A stretch of 62,362 bases of DNA, filler included, from an uncultured Myxococcia bacterium (GTDB lineage: Bacteria > CAZTWC01): NCBI GenBank assembly GCA_964617105.1. It is 7 parts of 7 records of this genome, joined end to end, with 100 filler letters (N's around TTAATTAATTAA, not from the genome) between each part and the next. Parts side by side here need not be neighbours in the genome. Positions count along the whole stretch, not along the records: positions 36,360 to 45,100 come from CAZTWC010000151.1; positions 45,201 to 53,780 come from CAZTWC010000153.1; 5 more parts are not named here. One strand, given 5' to 3'. Numbering within the stretch: the first letter of the stretch is position 1; each line of letters starts with the position of its first letter. Positions 39,831-49,489 of this stretch are shown here, in pieces. The notes under the pieces are model-generated. The model searched no databases and was not told the origin of the DNA. It saw only the letters and a program-made list of their open reading frames with translations. Both the position numbers and the translations under genes were made by a program.

Positions 39831-41468
39831 TCAGGGAGTTAGCAGGTGTAAAACAAACTCTTTACTCCATTTATCACCCCGGCGAAAAAATATATTTCCA
39901 CCCAAATCAGTCATAATACCGTAACTGATGGAAAGTCCCAGGCCGGTTCCCTTACCTGAAGGTTTGGTGGTATAAAAAGGCTCAAATAGTTTCTCCTCCT
40001 GTTCTATGCTGATATCGATACCATTGTCGGTAAAAATATACTCTACCATTTCTTTACCAGTTTGGGTTTTTACCTGGCCGGGGCAAATTATGGATATCTT
40101 TCCATTATCTTTATTAGAGGAACTTACAATGGCATCCCGGGCATTTAACAGCAGATTAAGAACCACTTGCTGCAACTGGTTGGCATTCCCCATTACTTTC
40201 AAAGTTTTTTTCTTAATCAATACCTTGATACACTGCTCTACAAATTGAGAACCAACCAGAGCCAGACTATTGTCAAGAATGTGATTAAAATCTATCTCTT
40301 CTACACCCTGACCGGCTTTTTGCGGATGAGCAAACAAGTTAATCTTGTCGATAATATCGGCCATCCGCACAGCCTGTTGGTTGATAACCTCCAACTTTTT
40401 ATTTATATAGGAATCTGATTGGTATTTTTTTTGAGTATGAGTGGCAAAGGTCATTATCCCCATCAGCGGCTGGTTTAACTCGTGGGCAATACCTGCACCC
40501 AACTCTCCCAAAGCTGACATTTTTCCGGCTTGCACCAATTTCGCCTGGGCAACCTGTAATTCACTATGGGTGACAGACAACTTATTATAGGCTGACTCCA
40601 ACTCTTCAGCCCGGCTTAATATTTTCTCTCGAGTCTGCTCCAAATCCCTGGCCATTTGATTGAAGGAGTTAGCCAGAGCCCCCAATTCATCCGGCTGTTT
40701 TACCGGCAAATTGATATTATAATCTCCCTGCCCCACCTTTTCGGTGGCCAATAATAAATGCTTCAAGGGTTGCAGCAGCATACTAGTTATACGAATCTGC
40801 AGCACCAGGGCCAGTAAAAAAATTGCCGTGATGGCCAGTAACAGGGATTTGGCAGCAGCAGTTATTTTATTTTGAAAATTAAGCAAAGAGATCTCCACCA
40901 ATACGTATCCAACAGGTTCAATTTTTTCTTCCTCCACCACCACCGTTTCCTGGAAAAAGAGGTGATCCTCCCCTCCTCTGGCAGCCATTAATAGAGGTAC
41001 TATAAAATAGAGATGATCATCCAGTTCAAAAGAGGTTACTCTCCCTGAGAGTTTTGCGGTCTTATACGTCTTATACAAGGTATGGATGATCTCTTCGGAA
41101 AATCCCCGTCCCGTGGTTATCAACGATTTTTTACTCTTGCCCAAAAGTGACATACTGGTTACATTTTCAACCAGGGAAACTTCAGCAAAAATGGATAATA
41201 ACTTTTTATGCAAATCACCTTGTTCATCAAGATCTTCAAAATTATCCATTTGACCGTCCCGGCTTTCCAGTTCCTTCCTTACCTGATAAACAGTGCGAAC
41301 AGTAAACTCCTCTCCCCTGTCCAGATAAAAGCCCAATAGAGTTTCCTTAAAGGCCCAATAACTGGTCAAAAAGGTTAAAATCACCGCCAGCACCGTAACC
41401 AGGGCAAAACCCAGGGTCAATTTCCACTTTATTGAGCGGCTAATCAGTTTGAGTAATTTTTTAATCAT
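39831..41468 (-). CDS. Membrane HAMP sensor histidine kinase (NtrB-like)
   Basis: Two TMs; HAMP DELGALANSFNQM; AGIAHELNQPL; QVVLNLLLNARDA; FEPFYTTK; GTGLGL. Confidence 0.92.
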   Translation of the reverse strand: MIKKLLKLISRSIKWKLTLGFALVTVLAVILTFLTSYWAFKETLLGFYLDRGEEFTVRTVYQVRKELESRDGQMDNFEDLDEQGDLHKKLLSIFAEVSLVENVTSMSLLGKSKKSLITTGRGFSEEIIHTLYKTYKTAKLSGRVTSFELDDHLYFIVPLLMAARGGEDHLFFQETVVVEEEKIEPVGYVLVEISLLNFQNKITAAAKSLLLAITAIFLLALVLQIRITSMLLQPLKHLLLATEKVGQGDYNINLPVKQPDELGALANSFNQMARDLEQTREKILSRAEELESAYNKLSVTHSELQVAQAKLVQAGKMSALGELGAGIAHELNQPLMGIMTFATHTQKKYQSDSYINKKLEVINQQAVRMADIIDKINLFAHPQKAGQGVEEIDFNHILDNSLALVGSQFVEQCIKVLIKKKTLKVMGNANQLQQVVLNLLLNARDAIVSSSNKDNGKISIICPGQVKTQTGKEMVEYIFTDNGIDISIEQEEKLFEPFYTTKPSGKGTGLGLSISYGIMTDLGGNIFFRRGDKWSKEFVLHLLTP

Positions 41469-41532
41469 CTCGATTTATAAATATTCAAGGTCGAACTGGA
41501 ATTTGACAAGGACTTCAGCAGTTTCAAATCGG

Positions 41533-42450
41533 CTATTCAACCCAATGTACTACAGTTGTATGGTTGGGATTTATCTTCACTCCCCGCTTTACATATATTA
41601 AAATATCGGTAGGAGATTGCACTTTATTATGGAATTCTATTTTTTCTTTTTTCATCCTGATAGCCAGCCTGGCCGCCTGCCGGCCGTTTTTTTCAGGATC
41701 AACCGAAACCGCAATATGGGCATGTGGTTTGCGGATAAGAAAACTACGGGTAGGCGCTAAAACCAATACCTCTTTTTGATTTAACCGGAATAATATTTTC
41801 GGAAGATTACTGGAGTTATAGATAAAGGGATCGGGAAGAATCCAAAACAGAGTATTGGCTTTTATCTTCTCCAGCACTTTATCCAGCACATTGCTTTCTA
41901 AAACCGGGTAGAGGTGGGTGTTGACCTGAAAAGAACGGGCCTGTTGTTCCAATTGAGCGGCCGGTAAAGAACTTTTATCCGAGTAGATAGAGGTTATAGT
42001 GGTCTGATGAGGCAACAGGGAGATAACTCGTTTAAGCATCACGCCCGGTTTTATGTTGATGGTAACGCCGGCAACTCCTTTTTGGTGTTTATTCATCTTT
42101 TGCTCCAATTGAGTGGGATACAGGCAATAGACCATAGCAAAAACCATTGGAAAATCAGCCAGATGCTCTAAGGCAAATAGAGTGGCCCCATTGCCGATGG
42201 TAAACACAATATCGGGTTTTATAGCAGTTACTTGTTTCTTTATATCTCCGGCTCTTTTTCTATTAAACAAAATATCAGTAAAGATTACCTGAGATTGATG
42301 TTGTTGATAATATTTTACAAATCCCTTACGGGCCTGTTTAAAATCGGGATAATCAGGATACAAAACCACTACTTCCTGTCCCGCCAGGATAAAAGGGGAC
42401 CATAATAGCATCAGTCCAATAATTAAGAATGGTAATACTCTGTTCAGCAT
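41533..42450 (-). CDS. Periplasmic ABC_sub_bind-like substrate-binding protein
   Basis: Signal peptide; KPDIVFTIGNGA, PMVFAMV, GVT, FWILPDP, DPEKNGRQAA. Confidence 0.7.
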   Translation of the reverse strand: MLNRVLPFLIIGLMLLWSPFILAGQEVVVLYPDYPDFKQARKGFVKYYQQHQSQVIFTDILFNRKRAGDIKKQVTAIKPDIVFTIGNGATLFALEHLADFPMVFAMVYCLYPTQLEQKMNKHQKGVAGVTINIKPGVMLKRVISLLPHQTTITSIYSDKSSLPAAQLEQQARSFQVNTHLYPVLESNVLDKVLEKIKANTLFWILPDPFIYNSSNLPKILFRLNQKEVLVLAPTRSFLIRKPHAHIAVSVDPEKNGRQAARLAIRMKKEKIEFHNKVQSPTDILIYVKRGVKINPNHTTVVHWVE

Positions 42451-44697
42451 TTAATACCTAAAGCCAAGGCCTGCAGTTATTTCTCTCAAATTCTGGGGTA
42501 CCCGGGGTAAATAGGTTTTGCTCCCTTCGGTGGCAACCCCGGCGGTGTAGTATTTCTCATTGATTAGATTGACCACATTTAGATGAAAATCGAGTCCTGG
42601 AAACAGATCCTGATAAATAATATGCAAGTTGGCTAAATGATAACCAGGCATCCTTTGGTGAGGGGATTCTGGTATATAATCGCCATCCCGGTCTACCCCA
42701 TAGAGAGAGTTCTCCTTGCGGGTAGCGATTTTGCTCACCCAACGAAAACGGGGGGTGATATGCAATTTTTCCAATAGAGTTAGAGTGAAACCCAAAGAGA
42801 ATTTTATCTCCGAGGTTTTAAAAATATCTAACTTTTCCCCTGATTCAGGGTCGGTGTTGGTTCCGCCCAGCATAGAATAGGAGAAAAATATCTTTAAATA
42901 GTCCCAAGGGAGAAAATCGGCGTTAAAATCGAGTCCATAGGATTTCAAATCACCATAATTGGTGCTGTGCTCTACAAAAATATTGCCACTTTTATCAGTG
43001 TCGATCCAACCGGCACCCGCCTTGACCCAACTATCCTGCACCTTTATTTTGTCATATCCCTTGCGAACTATCAGGTCTTCAACCAGGTTGTAATAGATAC
43101 TGGTAGAGGTCTTCAATTTATCCCACATGTCCTGCATCCAGTTCAACTCGATGGTACGGAGTTTTTCCGGTTTTAAATCCCGGTTCTGGATATGCCCATA
43201 TTCAGTGGTAAACCAGGTTTCATAACGGTGGAAAAAACCGGGAGCCAAATAGGCAGTGCCGCCCAAAAATTTAAAGGTATTTTTCTCAATGGTGTAAACC
43301 ATCCCCAACCTGGGGGTAAACATCTGACCGTAACTGGAGTTATTATCCAACCGGTACCCGGCCAGTAAAGTTAAACTCTCCAGCAGATTGTATTTCAATT
43401 GCAGATAATGCCCGGCTTCCTCCTCCTGGACAGCGGCCTGGGGATAAACATCATTATAAAAATTGTTAAAGTGTAATTGGTCATTTTTCACATCAAAGGG
43501 TTCACCGGTCTTGTCACCAGTGGGTATTCCCATGGTTTTACAGAAATGCAGCCCACCAGAAACCCGCAGTTTCGGATTAAATTGATAATCAAGATGATTT
43601 TGCAAAGCATAACGTTCCATTACTCCGTATTGATGCACTTTTAATTTTTTGTCAGGCATATAGGCTGAATAGTAAACCCAGTTCATGTGGGGATCGATGG
43701 TAAAATTTCTGTAGGTGATTTTGGTTTCCATATTCAACTTGTCGAAAGAGTAGTTATGTTTCCCCTCTATTTGGTAAAGGTTGTGCCCCCAATAGGAGTC
43801 GGAGGTGTACATGTAATGGTCATCCGGGTCCAAAGCCTTGGACAACTGCTCCTGGTATTTGCTACGGTGAAAAGTTATGGAAAAATCCTTGATTTGCAGG
43901 TTGACAAACAGGTTGTAGTCATCTGTTGGATCGCTGTACCCATACATCAGTCCGGAGTAGTCAGAGGATAATTCGGGATACTGATCTTTCAGGTTTTGCC
44001 CTTCGCTTGCATACTTGCGAAAAAAAACATTCAAATGGATATCTTGGCTCAGGGTGCGGTTCAAACTGCCGTAAATATCGTAAAGGCTGTAAAAACCATT
44101 TAAAAGGCCGGTGTTGGCGTTAACATGAATTTGATTTCCATCGGTTGAGGCATCCAGGGTGATCATGTTGATTACAGCAAAAGCATCAGCACCATACAGG
44201 GCGGAAGCCGGGCCATAGACCACTTCGATCCTCTTCAGGTTCCAAATTGGCACATTGTTGCCCAAAGGAAACTGCTTGCCCGAAGGAGAAGTGATGGGAA
44301 TACCGTTTAAAAGGATCGCTATCTTGTTGTTGCCGCTTATTCCCCTTTGGATCAGCAAACTGGAGAATTCTCCGTAAACATTGGTGCTGATATCAAAACC
44401 GGGAAGATCATTAAAAATATCTTTCAGATCTCTATATCCCCGCTCCCGGATCATCTGCCTGGAGATAACAATCACCGTGGCTGGCGCCTGATTAATAGTC
44501 TCTTTCTTTTTAGAAGCGGTGATCACATAAAATTTGTCGCCCCAGAGCAGTTCATCCAGGCTGATTGCGGTTTTTTTCATCTGCTTTGGGGCTGTGCTAT
44601 CGACCTCAGATACGCTCTTATCTCCTACCTCCTTAGCGAATATGTGCGATGCAAGAACTATCTGCAGCAACATTATTACCACCAAGATCCGTTTCAT
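42451..44697 (-). CDS. TonB-dependent outer-membrane receptor
   Basis: Plug VITASKK...APATVIVIS, RIEVVYGPASALYGADA; LKPEK; N..NEKY; C-terminal beta signal GLGFRY. Confidence 0.92.
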   Translation of the reverse strand: MKRILVVIMLLQIVLASHIFAKEVGDKSVSEVDSTAPKQMKKTAISLDELLWGDKFYVITASKKKETINQAPATVIVISRQMIRERGYRDLKDIFNDLPGFDISTNVYGEFSSLLIQRGISGNNKIAILLNGIPITSPSGKQFPLGNNVPIWNLKRIEVVYGPASALYGADAFAVINMITLDASTDGNQIHVNANTGLLNGFYSLYDIYGSLNRTLSQDIHLNVFFRKYASEGQNLKDQYPELSSDYSGLMYGYSDPTDDYNLFVNLQIKDFSITFHRSKYQEQLSKALDPDDHYMYTSDSYWGHNLYQIEGKHNYSFDKLNMETKITYRNFTIDPHMNWVYYSAYMPDKKLKVHQYGVMERYALQNHLDYQFNPKLRVSGGLHFCKTMGIPTGDKTGEPFDVKNDQLHFNNFYNDVYPQAAVQEEEAGHYLQLKYNLLESLTLLAGYRLDNNSSYGQMFTPRLGMVYTIEKNTFKFLGGTAYLAPGFFHRYETWFTTEYGHIQNRDLKPEKLRTIELNWMQDMWDKLKTSTSIYYNLVEDLIVRKGYDKIKVQDSWVKAGAGWIDTDKSGNIFVEHSTNYGDLKSYGLDFNADFLPWDYLKIFFSYSMLGGTNTDPESGEKLDIFKTSEIKFSLGFTLTLLEKLHITPRFRWVSKIATRKENSLYGVDRDGDYIPESPHQRMPGYHLANLHIIYQDLFPGLDFHLNVVNLINEKYYTAGVATEGSKTYLPRVPQNLREITAGLGFRY

Positions 44698-44725
44698 TTT
44701 TATCTCCTTTAGAACTATGTATAGA

Positions 44726-45100
44726 TTATGCAGTCTGTTCTTCCGAACTCTCTTCCACCTGATCAGTACCCCCGGTGGCCTTGAGAATAATTCCTTTGAA
44801 AGCTATGATCAAAATCGGAGTAGCCAGGGCGGAAATAGCGATGACCAGCCAGAACATAAAGGGGTCAACTGCGTCAGGGTTATCTTTGGGCGCATAGGCA
44901 GGCAATATCCAGGTTTGCAGCAAGCCTACCAGCGGTTTGGAGGCAAACCAGGGCAGCACCGATAAACTCATATAAGTACCTACCCGCTCTTTGGGCGCCA
45001 CAATAGCAGTATACTCCATCAGCCTGGGAGACCAGATCCCTTCGCCAATGGTAAAGAAAACCACGAATATGATCAGGGGGATATACCAGGGATGTATAGG
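44726..45100 (-). CDS. MFS/POT-type transporter, C-terminal fragment
   Basis: FTIGEGIWSPRLMEYTAIVAPKERVGTYMSL, with TM helices. Confidence 0.75.
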   Translation of the reverse strand, partial: PIHPWYIPLIIFVVFFTIGEGIWSPRLMEYTAIVAPKERVGTYMSLSVLPWFASKPLVGLLQTWILPAYAPKDNPDAVDPFMFWLVIAISALATPILIIAFKGIILKATGGTDQVEESSEEQTA

Positions 45101-45200
45101 NNNNNNNNNNNNNNNNNNNNNNNNNNNNNNNNNNNNNNNNNNNNTTAATTAATTAANNNNNNNNNNNNNNNNNNNNNNNNNNNNNNNNNNNNNNNNNNNN
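45101..45200. other. Artificial contig linker
   Basis: N44-TTAATTAATTAA-N44. Confidence 0.99.
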
Positions 45201-45201
45201 G

Positions 45202-45423
45202 TTTTTAACCATAGTAGGTTACTACTATTTCGAAGACAACCTGCTCTCCTGGATACAAGCAGAATATATGTCATCCATCTTTAGTGTTACCTCTTTACCA
45301 TATTGGACAGTAACCATGATTATTCCAATCAGTTTTTTCATCGCCTTTGGACGCTTTTTGGGCCGTGGCTTTGGAATCCTGATAAATAAAAAGCGGGACA
45401 CAAGTTCTGTTGATTGTATGTAA
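45202..45423 (+). CDS. TRAP small permease (DctQ) C-terminal fragment; absent from the ORF track
   Basis: Manual translation ...SLPYWTVTMIIPISFFIAFGRFLG...CM*, directly upstream of DctM. Confidence 0.7.
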   Translation, partial: FLTIVGYYYFEDNLLSWIQAEYMSSIFSVTSLPYWTVTMIIPISFFIAFGRFLGRGFGILINKKRDTSSVDCM

Positions 45424-45435
45424 GGGGAAATATTT

Positions 45436-47052
45436 TTGATCACCCTGCTGCTGATAATACTAATAATGATGTTGCTTTTAATGGGAATGCCCATGTTCTC
45501 TGTTCTTGGCGGCATCACCCTATTTTGCTTCTATTTTTTAACTGATGACCATACTTCCCTGAGCGATTATCAAATTTTTATCGAAAAAATATTTGAATTA
45601 ACCGATAAAAACGTGCTGTTGGCTATCCCCTTTTTCATTGTTTCCGGCACCTTTATGACCCACGGCGCCATGTCCAACAAACTGGTTAATATCGCCAAGT
45701 CTATAGTTGGCTGGATGCCTGGCGGACTAGGCATCTCCACCGTATTTGCCTGCATGTTTTTCGCCACCATGAGCGGCTCCTCACCGGTGACCGTCATTGC
45801 CATCGGCGGCATGATGTTTCCCGCCCTGGTCAAAGACCACTACGGTGAAAAATTCTCTCTGGGCCTGGTCACCTCATCTGGCTCTCTGGGTATCCTGATC
45901 CCCCCCAGTATCCCGATGATCATTTACGCCGTGGTTATGAGCGGCAGGTTCTCGGTTGATGTCAAAGATCTCTACATAGCCGGTATTCTTCCCGGTCTGG
46001 TAATTGTAGGTGTTTTAAGCGCCTATACCTTTTTTATGGGGATACGCCACAATTTTCTCACCATCCCCTTTAATTTTCACAACATATATGTCTCTTTTAA
46101 AGATGGCCTATGGGCGACCTTCCTACCGGTTATTATTTTAGGCGGCATCTATTCCGGCACTTTTACTCCCACCGAAGCAGCGGCAGTGGCGGTTATCTAT
46201 AGTTTGGTCGTGGAGATCTACATTTACAAAGAGGTCAAATTATCCGATATTCCCCAGTTGATGACCGAATCCTGTATCATGATTGGCAGTTTGCTTATTA
46301 TTATGGTTATGGCTTTTGGCTTCAACGACTTTTTGGTCATACGACAAGTTCCCAACATGGTAGTGGAGTATATCGAATCACTAAAATTGGGCGTTATCGG
46401 CTTCTTAATGATATTAAACATCTTTTTACTGGTGGTTGGCTGCTTCATGGATATCTTCTCCGCCATCATGATTATAGCCGGTTTGCTGGCGCCTTTAGCC
46501 GGGGCCATGAACATCGATCCCATCCATTTGGGCATGATCACTATTGTTAATCTGGAAATAGGCTATGTTACGCCACCTTTGGGATTGAACCTGTTTGTTT
46601 CCGCCAGCCTGTTTAGAAAATCTTTGGGCAAAGTGATAATCTCCAGCCTCCCCTTTGTAATAATTATGCTGGCGGGGTTAATGTTGATCACCTATATACC
46701 ATCCTTGAGCCTGGGCCCCTTACGCTTACTCAATGGCCAATCATTTTGGGTACCGCTGGTGAAAGATAAAAACGTTCAACAGCAGGATTCCATTAACAAA
46801 CCAAAAAAACTCCAAACCTTAGAACAGATGATGTTGGAAATGGGGATGGACAGAGATGGAACGGAAGGTACGCAGAAGAAAAAGAATGACAAAGTCCAGA
46901 CCTTGGAAGATATGATGAAAGAGGCCGACCAAGACGATATGGAGGAATTGGAGGATTTGGAAGATTTGGAGGAAGAATTAGAGGAAGAGGACGGGGAGGA
47001 TGAAGAAAACCTGGAAAACCAAGATGATACTGAGGAAACAGAAGAAGAATAA
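45436..47052 (+). CDS. dctM: TRAP large permease DctM with a long acidic C-terminal tail
   Basis: LLAIPFF, SGSS, GSLGILIPPSIPMIIY, FTPTEAAAVA, IGYVTPPLGLNLFV. Confidence 0.92.
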   Translation: MITLLLIILIMMLLLMGMPMFSVLGGITLFCFYFLTDDHTSLSDYQIFIEKIFELTDKNVLLAIPFFIVSGTFMTHGAMSNKLVNIAKSIVGWMPGGLGISTVFACMFFATMSGSSPVTVIAIGGMMFPALVKDHYGEKFSLGLVTSSGSLGILIPPSIPMIIYAVVMSGRFSVDVKDLYIAGILPGLVIVGVLSAYTFFMGIRHNFLTIPFNFHNIYVSFKDGLWATFLPVIILGGIYSGTFTPTEAAAVAVIYSLVVEIYIYKEVKLSDIPQLMTESCIMIGSLLIIMVMAFGFNDFLVIRQVPNMVVEYIESLKLGVIGFLMILNIFLLVVGCFMDIFSAIMIIAGLLAPLAGAMNIDPIHLGMITIVNLEIGYVTPPLGLNLFVSASLFRKSLGKVIISSLPFVIIMLAGLMLITYIPSLSLGPLRLLNGQSFWVPLVKDKNVQQQDSINKPKKLQTLEQMMLEMGMDRDGTEGTQKKKNDKVQTLEDMMKEADQDDMEELEDLEDLEEELEEEDGEDEENLENQDDTEETEEE

Positions 47053-47101
47053 TATTATTAGGGAAGGTGCAGAACCTAAAATATAAACGGAGACACTTGA
47101 A

Positions 47102-48316
47102 ATGTTTAAAAAAAGTTTGATCGGCATGCTATTTTTCCTGCTAACCCTGCCCATTCTTTTTTCCGCCTCTGGCCAAGAGGAAGATTCCAACGATAGTAAT
47201 ACCGCTATATACCTGGTCAGACCAGGAGATACTCTCTGGGGTATTTGTCGGCAAGAGTTGGGAAATCCATATAAATGGAAAGAAGTTTGGTCCTTTAACC
47301 CTCATATCACCAATCCCCATACTCTCAATCCCGGTGAAAAAGTATTCTTGAAATCAAGCGCCACCGCAGAAGCGAAAGAGGTAAAAGAGGAAGTTAGCGA
47401 TAGCAAACCAGACGTCGAAGTGACCACTCCAGAAATGATGATTGATAAAAACGGATCTTTAGACAAGAGTAAAACCCAGCTTTTTATTCCCATCTTCCGC
47501 CGCACTAACCGCGATTTTAGAAATATGGTTACCATTGCCGGCAACCGGCCGCTGGTTTTCACTCCTAAAGCAGCCACTCATCTGGTGCTTTATCGGCATG
47601 CTCTTCTCTCTCCAGAAGAAGAAAACGGCAGCAATAAGATTTTGGCCAAAGTAGGGGAAGGGCGGCATATGGCCGAAGGAGATACCGCCATAGCACTGTT
47701 TAAAAACGCTGACAGCGCCAAAACAGGTATAGAATTTCTAATCTACCGTAAAACCAGAGAGATCACTCACCCTGTAAATAATGAAACTCTAGGTATCTTA
47801 ACCTCCTATATTGCCCGGGCCAAGGTAACGCGAATAGAGGGAAAAAAATTATTTTTGACCATACAAGAAACTCTTACCAGCGTTAAACCGGGTGACTATA
47901 TTTTTGCTCCTAAAAATACCGGCAGAACCATCTTTCCAGTACCCAATAAAGTAAACCTTAAAGGTTTTGTAGTGGACACGCCCTCCCCGTATTTGCGTAA
48001 TTTTCACGAGATGCAATTGATATTTATCGACAAGGGGCAAACCCAGGGAGTGGTTGAGGGAAATACCCTGGACGTTACCAAGCCCATCGAGTCCCTTAAA
48101 GGACTGGATACCAAGACTTCAAGGATCAAAATAGCCCGTCTGGTGGTTGTTGAAGCCAATAAAAACACCTCCGTGTGCATGGTAACTAAAAGCCTAAAAG
48201 AGTTCCATCGCGGTGATACATTCGAAATGAAGGCAGACCCCAGAGCGGCGAGAAAAACCAGGACTGGAAAAATAAAAGAAGCCGCCGCCTCTCTGAATGA
48301 AGAGGAAGATGAATAG
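47102..48316 (+). CDS. Secreted LysM protein, TsaP-like
   Basis: Signal peptide; YLVRPGDTLWGI...NPYKW..VW..NPHITNPH.LNPG; C-terminal IFIDKGQTQGVVEGN. Confidence 0.75.
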   Translation: MFKKSLIGMLFFLLTLPILFSASGQEEDSNDSNTAIYLVRPGDTLWGICRQELGNPYKWKEVWSFNPHITNPHTLNPGEKVFLKSSATAEAKEVKEEVSDSKPDVEVTTPEMMIDKNGSLDKSKTQLFIPIFRRTNRDFRNMVTIAGNRPLVFTPKAATHLVLYRHALLSPEEENGSNKILAKVGEGRHMAEGDTAIALFKNADSAKTGIEFLIYRKTREITHPVNNETLGILTSYIARAKVTRIEGKKLFLTIQETLTSVKPGDYIFAPKNTGRTIFPVPNKVNLKGFVVDTPSPYLRNFHEMQLIFIDKGQTQGVVEGNTLDVTKPIESLKGLDTKTSRIKIARLVVVEANKNTSVCMVTKSLKEFHRGDTFEMKADPRAARKTRTGKIKEAAASLNEEEDE

Positions 48317-48350
48317 CGGGTGGGATAAAAAATTTAATGCCCGATACGAT

Positions 48351-49241
48351 TTAGAGAATCCCTAAAAAAGAGATCAAACCTGATACTGATTCTGGTGCTG
48401 CCAGATATCCTTCCGCCTCCATGGCTACTCGGCTATACAAATTTGCTTCATCCACATGGCCGCGGACCGCATATCCTTTGGAAAGCAAATTAGCCTTACT
48501 TGAAAGTACGGCCAGGGTGGCCAGCAAATCTGAATCATCCAGGTCTCCTCTAGTGATTATTTTTAGCAGAGATCTGACTCGAAACCGGTCCATGGCCGGA
48601 TATTGGCAAGATAGTTGTCCCCAATCACCTCCTCTTTTGATAACCAGAGGCGAATCAATATACCCCACCGGAAAACGGCTGGTAACTCGCAGCCAGAGAT
48701 CATAGTCTTCGCAAACCATCATCTGCTGATCAAATAAACCCACCTGGTCCAGCAATTCTTTTCTCAACAAAACCGCCGAGGGGCTAATCAGGCACAGAGA
48801 CAGCGAGCGGCAATAGAGATTTCCTCCTCCTTTGCGGTGATATTTTTTTTGGTTAACCAACTTATTATCACGCAGCCAAATTTCATTGGTATGACAAATA
48901 AGGTATTCCCTATTTTGGGTCAGATAGTCCACTTGCCTGGCCAACTTATCACTTTTCCACAGATCATCAGAGTCCAAAAAAGCGATATACTCGCTCTGGG
49001 AGTTTTTGATCCCCAGGTTCCTGGCCACTGCCGGCCCTAAATTCTCCTGGCGAAAATATCTCAGGGTGGTCCCGCAGTTGTTCACTGCCTCAGCGGTACC
49101 ATCGGTGGAACCATCGTCAACAACCAAGATCTCCAGATCATTAAAAGTTTGTGTGGCCACCGATTCTATGGCCTCTACCACCAAACCGGGACGATTATAA
49201 ACCGGAATTATTACACTAACCTGGGGCATTTTGCTCTCCAA
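48351..49241 (-). CDS. Family 2 glycosyltransferase
   Basis: VSVIIPVYNR, VVDDGSTDGT, ARNLG, AFLDSDD, EDYDLWLR. Confidence 0.92.
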   Translation of the reverse strand: MESKMPQVSVIIPVYNRPGLVVEAIESVATQTFNDLEILVVDDGSTDGTAEAVNNCGTTLRYFRQENLGPAVARNLGIKNSQSEYIAFLDSDDLWKSDKLARQVDYLTQNREYLICHTNEIWLRDNKLVNQKKYHRKGGGNLYCRSLSLCLISPSAVLLRKELLDQVGLFDQQMMVCEDYDLWLRVTSRFPVGYIDSPLVIKRGGDWGQLSCQYPAMDRFRVRSLLKIITRGDLDDSDLLATLAVLSSKANLLSKGYAVRGHVDEANLYSRVAMEAEGYLAAPESVSGLISFLGIL

Positions 49242-49394
49242 TTATGGCTCGTTTCTCAAACTTAGGGCTCCCTCAATCATTAAATATAACAACTTTTTTA
49301 TAAAATTACCTCTGAAATTATTGCCTACTCCTGGTATTCTTAGTTCAGCAATATTTTCGTCCTTAAATTGTTGAATAATCGCACTTTCTTATTC

Positions 49395-49423
49395 TTGACT
49401 TTTATAATAAAGTATAATATCAT
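49395..49423 (+). promoter_or_regulatory. Candidate sigma-70 promoter
   Basis: TTGACT-N17-TATCAT, 66 bp upstream of ATG 49490. Confidence 0.45.
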
Positions 49424-49489
49424 CTATGGTTACCTGAAAATTGTAAACGCTAATATTTTCAACCTGTTACTTAACAGCGGAGTATTTTA

